DNA of 64,000 bases. Origin: the human T2T-CHM13v2.0 reference genome, Homo sapiens. Both the position numbers and the translations under genes were made by a program. Below are positions 56,401 to 64,000 of the stretch, one piece after another (position 1 is the stretch's first letter; each line of letters begins with the position of its first letter). Below the pieces are notes generated by a model, which worked only from the letters and a program-made list of their open reading frames with translations, searched no databases and was not told the DNA's origin. Where the stretch lies: NCBI GenBank assembly GCA_009914755.4, contig CP068257.2, forward strand, positions 36,064,001 through 36,128,000. The letters are read 5' to 3'.

Positions 56401-59400
56401 GATATGTTACGGGGGGATCTGCAGAGCTTCTTTACACAGCACAGCTTGTTTTTTCTCTGAGGTCCTCACTGTGCATCAGTGCCCGATGGCAAGAGAAGAC
56501 CTGTTTCATATTGCCTCTCTCTGGGTATATGTGCTACAGGAGTACGTCTCATTAGGGGTCAGAGTGGCCAGAAGTAAACTGGATTTGTGCTTATCAGTCA
56601 TTTATTCCTTGAGGTGATTCCTACTTTAACCTGAAGTACTTGGTGGATTTTCATCAGACAGTGGAAATATTTGCATTTTCCTTTTTCTCTCAGCTTGGGT
56701 GGCAGTGTTTCTCTTGCAAAATTAGCTGCATTTGTAAAGTGAAGCAGAACGAAAGTCAAGAGGGCGATTTCTCTGTTGGCGTTTGTTTATTTTTCCAGGA
56801 TCATCTTGCTAAAAGGAAAAGTTTTCCTAGCAATAACCTTGCGATATCTTTAGGCAGCTCTGATCATAATTGATCTGCAGTCAAGTCTTCCATCCTGGAA
56901 GGAAAATATCCGGAAAGAGGACTTGATTCCCTTCTGCCCAGTCATAGTCTATTTAGGGTGAGGCCTGAGTGGTGTCTGGGGACAGGGTTTCTGGGGACAG
57001 AGTCTGAGTCACAAAGTCTCCCTGCTGATTCTCTGCTCACCAAGCCATGTACTCTGGTTTGGGACAGTTGCTGCACAGAAGGGGGCAGATTCCTGCCCGA
57101 TGATCTTGTATAACCCTGCAGTGGCCCCGTCTAGGAACCCAAAGACATTCTGGTTCTATGTTTGTAGAGTATATTTTAAGGCCACAGTGAATGAACTTGG
57201 AAGGAGATAGAAGGATTTGCCATTGAGATGCCTTTTTGGTAGACAGCATGAAAACTCTGGGCTTCTCCCTGGGGTCAAACCATGCTCTGCACCTGGCCAG
57301 CTCTCCAGGAAGCCAAGGTGGAATGATGGGTTTCAGGACAGTGGTTTCTCATACTTTCCAGGGCTGTATTTGTTTAATGCTCACACTCTTTTTTAACAGT
57401 GAGATTTTGAGCACTTTTGAGTCTCGGCTCACACAGACAGCCAGCATGGGCCATGGAGACAGGCAGCCCTGGGGGCCAACTATGGTTCCCCATTTGGTGT
57501 TCTGTGTCTCCTGGGGATGACTTATTAATAGCTCATAGATTACAAACGGCCTGTACTTCCCTGCCCTGTGGCTTGTCTACTGCAATGCTGTTTGGGTTTC
57601 ATGCACTTGGGATATAGTCCTTTTAAAATTACATTTTCTCCTGCTTCCATGCTTCTCCCCTGGGGCCCATTGGCAAAGCCTGTGTGCTTTGCTGTGCCTC
57701 CCCTGAATTATTCTTGCCTTCTCCAGCAAAGGTTTATTTGATTTCTTTAAAGTTACTTGACTGAATTCTCAACGCAAGTACATACACTAAAGTAATCACA
57801 TCTGCTCTTTTTTAGGGAAAAGTAGAAATCTGCACTCTTGTCTCGACTTTGCCTTGCCTGCAGAACTCAACATTTGCGAATGATGTGTCCTTGAGAAGTC
57901 ATGTTTTACCCAGTTTTGCAAACTTTTGGCTCATATCATAAATTCAAAGATGCTGGTGCTCCCAGTCTTAGTGCTAACATTTCTATTTATACCCCTTTCC
58001 CTGAGCCCCAAGAAATGTTCTTTAAACATATTCTCAGCTGGACCAGAAGAGATTTGGTTTGTGTGTTTGTTTTTAATGGGCCCTGCATTGACTTGGATAA
58101 TGCTGTTGAAAACACAGTAAGATGGATTAAGTGCTGGATAATTCTCCTTCTAGCACCAATACTCCCTAATAACTTTTTGATACATACAAACAAAAACATC
58201 CTCTTTAATCTGCAAATTCCTCTTTGGATGGGCTGAAGGGTAAGGTTATCTGGAAAAAATGAGTAACTTCTGCAGAGAGAATCCTGTGTCAGTCACCAGA
58301 GGAGAAGAGAGAAAGCTGCTTGTCTCTTGCAGACCTGTGCTGGCCAATACAGCAGCTACCAGCCTGAAATTTGCCTGGTCTGAATAGAGATGTGCAGTAA
58401 GTGTTAAACACACAGGGGATTTTTGAAGAGTAATAATGTAAAAGTAAAATATCCCATTAATAATTGTCATACCAATTACATGTTGAGCTTTTAATATCTG
58501 GATATAGTGGGTGAAATAAAATATATCATTATTTTAATTTCACCTATTTCTTTTTTCCTTTCAAAGGTTCATATTATAGAATTTAAGATTATGCAGGTGG
58601 CTGGCATTATATTTCCACTGGGCAGGGCTGTTACAGAACATCCAGTACTGAGGAACGCCAGCTCTTAGCATGTTGGGAATAAAATTGATGCAAAAGGCAG
58701 TCCCTTGGTTGGCTTAAGTCAGAAGAAAAGGGCTGCTTATTAGGGGGGTTTAACCTTTTGATGTGGAAGGAGCTGAGGGCTCTGTAATTGGGAAAAAATT
58801 AATAAGAGTTCATAATGTGATATAATAAGGGGTATTGAACACAACTAATCAAAAAATGGTTGGGGAATTGCTGATAAACGTGTGTAAATATGTTCCCTCC
58901 TAGTTTGGGAGCTGTGGCTACTTTAGCCCGCTGGTTCAATTGTTTTTCATTTTTTCGAGTGCTATGCAAGCTCGTGTCAGCTTTCTGCACACCACTAATA
59001 ACCCAATTTGTGCCTGATTGGAGAAGCTTGACATTGACAGTATCTTATGTTGATGCCATGCATGATGGGGTGAGGAGGGAGAGAGGGAGAAAAGCTCCTG
59101 GAAAAACGGGCATTTACAAATGGGAAAAGTGAACTGGGAGAGGGCAGTGTACCATTGGCTTGGGTAAATATTCATTTTATTTATTTATTTAAAAATTTTG
59201 GTTCATGAACAATTCTTTAGGTTTGAAAAAAAAAAAAAGATCAGGTGTTGTTATCCAGGGCTGAAGAAATGAATCATGGTCCCAGCTTTGAAGCACCTGT
59301 GGCAACATTGCCAGTCTCCCTGTTCTTTCCTGCTAAGCCCATGACTCCAGTGTGGCTTGTGGAGGAAGCTCACTGGGACTATTTTAAAACGTGTGCCCAA

Positions 59401-62400
59401 GGAAGTGCAAATGCTGTGCCCAGCACTACTACAAACCAGTAGCTCTTGTAAACCAAAAACAAAATTTGAACGCCCCCCAACCATCTGAGTGGACTTCTTC
59501 CTTGGCCAGGGCTCTCCTAAAATTTAACCTGAGAGACTGGTTCAGGCCATTATGGTAAGTGGGGATCGGACACGCCTTATTATACCTCTCTGGCATTAAC
59601 ATCAACACAGACCCGAAGTCTGATAAGAATCGTTTACAATCTACTCTCTCTGAAGCCTGCAACCTGGAGGCTTCAGCTGCATGATAAAACTTTGGTCTCC
59701 ACACCTCTTATCGCGACCCAGACATTACCTTTCTATTGATCCCAGGTCTTTAGATAAACTCAACCCATTGTCGACTAGAAAACATTCTAAATCTACCTAT
59801 AAACTGGAACTAACAACCCCCCTCCTTTGAGTTGTCCCGCCTTTCTGGACTGAACCAATGTATTTCTGAAATGTATTTGATTGAAGTCTCATGTCTCCCT
59901 AAAATGTATCAAACCAAGCTGCACCCTGACCACCTTGGGCACATACATGTTCTCAGGACCTCCTGAGGGCTGTGTCACTCATATTTGGCTCAGAATAAAT
60001 CTCTTCAAATATTTTACAGAGTTTGACTCTTTTCATTGACATTCTTCTGCCATTCCCCTGTTCCTGGAGGCTCAAGGACCATAAACTTGAATAGCGTGAT
60101 TTGGCTTTGGTTTGAGCCTATGCCTTTAGGTTTAGATCTTTGCCTAATTGACTAGTAGACTTTGCTGCTAAAAAGCATGACTGCAAATCTGATAAACACT
60201 CCAGCTTTTGCCTTTAGATCTCTGACCAATTCTCCTTCTCAGTGACTTTTCCTGACTTCCTCTTCTGTCTGTCCCCTTGAATGTTGGGGGTACCCCATGG
60301 TTTGTCTTCAGCCTCTTTTTCTTCTCATCCCTCACTGTTTCTTGGGGAAAGGTCTCCTGTGGATGAAGCGCTCCCTATATGTAGATGACTTCCTCATCTA
60401 GCTCTCCAGGTCAGATCTTTCTTTCCCTCAATTTCTTTGCTGTCATATTGACTTGCTTGCAAGATATTTCCACATGGATTTCCTGTAAGAACCTCAAAAT
60501 AAACATTTTTTCAAGACAGAGATTGTTATCCCCATGCTGTCTGGACTAGATATTCTCCATCTGTCCCTGAAGAGTCCCCCCACACCCTCTGGACTCTCTC
60601 TGCAGCCCAGGAGAATGACCTTTCTGGATGTACCTGGTCTCTCATGTCCTCTGGCTTCCTGTTGGGCTTGGCTCATGAGAGGTTCTGGTGGGAGATCAAA
60701 GAGTAGGAGGAGAATGGAACCTTTCTATTAAGATGGGTTGAGTTGAAATGGGCTGTGTTCCTCTTCCTACAACCATAGTCCCACTCAGTGGTCCTCTCTC
60801 CTGCAGCTCTGTCTGGTTTCCTCCCTTGGCCCCTTTAGACTCAGGGTTGTGATGGCTCTAGATGTTGCCAGCCCTGGGTTCCTCTCCTTTCCTTCTTGGT
60901 GACTAGCCTTGCCCATGCCTCCACAGAGTTCCTTTTCTAAGCATCCTCATCACCTGATGATTGTTCCTTCTTTTCTGCAAGGCCCCAGCTCAGACCTTTT
61001 CCATGTGGCCCCTCCTGTGCAGGGCTCTGTGCATGGCACCAACGCCAGCCCAGGATACCAAGCCAGCACCCAGAGGCATCTTTGTGTCTCCATCTTTCAC
61101 CCCGCTGCCAACAAATGCCAAGTCCTGTGGCTTCCTTTTCCTAAAAGCCTTTCCTCATGGTCCCTCTTTGCTGTCCCCAAAGCACCAGAACTCTTTGGGT
61201 TGTGGAAATAAGTGAAAATCAACCAAGTGAGGAAAACAGAGGCTATTTATTCGCACGTGCTGTAGTAAGGGACCATCACGTGCATTTGGTAACGGCCCAA
61301 AGGCAGGCAGGGGAGTGAGAAAGCTTCATGTTGGAAAAGGGGGAAGGCCTCAGGCATGCCCTGATGGAAACTGTCATCATGGGGAAGCTGCAGGTGAGCT
61401 ACCTAGAAATGGACATCCTGTGTGATTGGTGAGGGGGCATATTTGACTTTTACCAATTGGCCTTAAGTTGGAAGTAGGAGCAAAAATCAGGGAAATTTGG
61501 TTATTAACCAAGTCCTGGTCATTTGGGCCAATTGTTACAGAAGTTATTGTTTAGCTTTCTGGAGTGTCACTGGTTTCTTGCAAGGCTGACTTACAACAGG
61601 CTGGCTTCCTGGGTTGTTTATTGTAGAAAAGCAGTTGGTTTCCTGGGCAGGTGGCTGCAGGCTGTGGGTCCAAGTGCTATTTTTATATGTGGTTGGCCAC
61701 TGTCCATTTCTGTATTCAATCTCAGGGTCAGTTTTTAATTAACTGTTTTTTTTGTTGTTGTTGTTCTGGATTATAAAGATGGTATATACTCATGTAGAAC
61801 ATTTTAATTAACCCAGAAAAATATTAAAAAGAAAAAACACCTTGTATCCTGCCAGCAGAGGTAACCATTGTTGACATTTCCAGGAACATCTTTTCAGAGA
61901 TCTCTCTGTGCATTGACACATTCATACATGAGTGGCCATCCTCTACAAAGCGTTCTGTAGCCCTCTCATCAGTTTTCACTGGGGTTGCTGTGGCAGTCAC
62001 CAGATCTAGATCACTGTTCCAGTCTTGCCAACATCCACTTCATTTCTCACAGAGCTTCAGATTGGGCTCTCTCTAATTCAGATTCCAACAGTTCCTGTCC
62101 TGCTTTAAATTGTTCAGTGGTTGCTCATCAAGTCCAGGCTCCCAGCAAGGCTCTCTGGGCCACTGATGATGTGTCCTCTTCTTCCAAACCTTCCATCTCT
62201 TCTCTGCACTTGGGGGAACTCAGGATTCTCTAAGGACTGTGCTCCTTCCTGCAGATGTGTGCCCACATGTTGCCTCTGTTGTCTCCCAGGCTCTTCCTCA
62301 GCCCCCATAGACTAGCGAAATCCTCAGGAGTCAGCTCAGACTTGCCCTTCCCTGGAAGCCTGCCAGAGAGCTCCCAATATGTTTAGTTTCTGTCCTCACC

Positions 62401-62612
62401 ACCCAGTGCCTGCCTCTGGGACAGCACTTAGCCCACAGGATGACAGTGGCTGGCTTTCATGTCTCTTCCCTGACAGACCCTCAATCTTCAAGGTAAGCAA
62501 CTATGCTTTACTCATTTTGTCCCCAGCCCAGTGTCTGTGATGGTACCTGAGACATAGTGGAGGCTCAGGAGACATTGCCTGAATAAATGAGGTGCTGGGT
62601 GGATGCAATCAT

Positions 62613-62676
62613 ATGTATGTATGTGTGTGCATGTGTATGCGTGTGTATATGTGTGTGTGTGATACATATATATCTG
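62613..62676. repeat. TG/TA-rich imperfect microsatellite
   Basis: Sequence atgtatgtatgtgtgtgcatgtgtatgcgtgtgtatatgtgtgtgtgtgatacatatatatctg. Confidence 0.8.
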
Positions 62677-62739
62677 TAGATGCCCTGATTGTATGTCAGC
62701 TTGCTGTTTGGGTACCTGCCATGGTTTGAATGTTTGTCT

Positions 62740-63060
62740 TCTCCACAACTCATGTGAAATTTAATTGCCACTGTGATGGTACTAAGAGGTGGAACATTTA
62801 AGAGGTGATTAGGCCACGAGGGCTCCCCCCTCACGGATGGATTAATGCTGCTATTGAGAGAGTGGGCTCCTCGTAAGAGAATGAGTTTGGCCCCTCTCTT
62901 ACTTTCTTCCCTCTCACCCTCTCTTACCCTTCCACCTTCTGTCATGAAATGATGCAGCAAGAAGGCCCTCTCCAGATGCTAGCCCCTCCATCTTAGACTT
63001 GCAGCCTCCAGAACTGTGAGAAATAAATTTCTGTTCATTATAAATTACCCAATATGCGGT
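62740..63060 (+). mobile_element. 3' half of an ancient MaLR/MER-like repeat
   Basis: Sequence ...cttagacttgcagcctccagaactgtgagaaataaatttctgttcattataaattacccaatatgcggtattctgttacagaagc. Confidence 0.55.
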
Positions 63061-63372
63061 ATTCTGTTACAGAAGCTAAAAAAAAAAAGACTATGACAGT
63101 ACTAGACAGAGATACAAACACCTACTTTCCATGGGGAAACCACTTACACCATTAAAAAAACCCCTCAGCGATTACTTTTTAATATGGTCAATAATACTTC
63201 TACACACTTTGCCTCCATTATCATACCTCCTATTTATAATCCCACGAAGATTTTTGTGGGGAGTGAAATGTTATATTCATGAAAATGCTTTGAACTTTTT
63301 GGAGAAAAATTCACTCTTCCCCAAATCAGTAAGGGAGCCACACTACTCTATCAATAATGGATAGTATATCGC

Positions 63373-63646
63373 AAGGACAAAAAACCAAACACCGCATGTT
63401 CTCACTCATAGGTGGGAATTGAACAATGAGAACACATGGACACAGGAAGAGGAACATCACACACCGGGGACTGTTGTGGGGTGGGGGGAGGGGGGAGGGA
63501 TAGCATTAGGAGATATACCTAATGCTAAATGACGAGTTAATGGGTGCAGCACACCAACATGGCACATGCATACATATGTAACAAACCTGCACATTGTGCA
63601 CATGTACCCTAAAACTTAAAGTATAATAATAATAAAATAAAAAAAA
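63373..63646 (+). mobile_element. 5'-truncated L1 (L1PA-like) 3' end with a 13-bp target-site duplication
   Basis: Sequence caaggacaaaaaaccaaacaccgcatgttctcactcataggtgggaattgaacaatgagaacacatggacacagg...gtggggtggggggaggggggaggg...atgggtgcagcacaccaacatggcacatgcatacatatgtaacaaacctgcacattgtgcacatgtaccctaaaacttaaagtataataataataaaataaaaaaaa. Flanked by aatggatagtata on both sides. Confidence 0.85.
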
Positions 63647-64000
63647 TGGATAGTATAGGTGTCTATTTTTCCAGATGAGATAAGCTGAGAGGTGACTGGG
63701 AAGGAATGCACATGATTTGGAATGCCCTGGAAACAGAAAGAATGAGAGGTCCAGACAGAGAAAAGCTCAGGTTAGGAACGGGTCTCCTCTGGGATTTCCA
63801 ACCCACCAAGCCATGTCCTCTTGGGAGGAGGAGAAAAGGGCAACAAAACTGGCAGAATCCTTATTCCACAGCCTGTCCCCAAACACCATCTTTCACTGAT
63901 GGTAATAATTCAAGTAAGAGAAGTGGAGATTAAGTAGTTGCTGAACTAAGGATCAGAGAGCAATAACTGAAGCTTGGCAGGCCTGGTAATTTATCTCCTA

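Overview
This window is human genomic DNA from the KCNJ6 (GIRK2 / Kir3.2, G-protein-gated inward-rectifier K+ channel) locus on chromosome 21q22; KCNJ6 runs on the minus strand of the window. It is not prokaryotic. I find no operons, CRISPR arrays, RNA genes or any hidden novel system. The only protein-coding sequence I can support is the large internal coding exon of KCNJ6 at 33532..34452 (minus strand, 921 nt). It encodes most of the channel, including the TIGYG selectivity filter. It is bounded by a canonical AG acceptor and a GTAAGA donor. The 373-aa ORF in the supplied track overshoots this exon into intron on both sides. The rest of the window is intron. Sequence at 1..33531 is the downstream intron and 34453..64000 is the upstream intron. 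It is filled with primate and mammalian interspersed repeats: about 15 Alus, several L1 3' ends, MIR fragments, and ancient MaLR-LTR/MER-like elements. It also contains several conspicuous tandem repeats. Almost every other ORF in the track lies in Alu, L1 or microsatellite sequence and is spurious. Items worth a second look are: a very young AluYb8 with a perfect 15-bp target-site duplication; a nested AluY-in-AluS-in-L1 insertion; a 535-bp pure polypyrimidine minisatellite (possible H-DNA) 1.4 kb downstream of the exon; a ~510-bp complex GT/CA microsatellite; a 50-bp x4 minisatellite; and a CpG-enriched unique segment that could be regulatory. All family assignments were made by eye from memory of consensus sequences. 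No database search was run.
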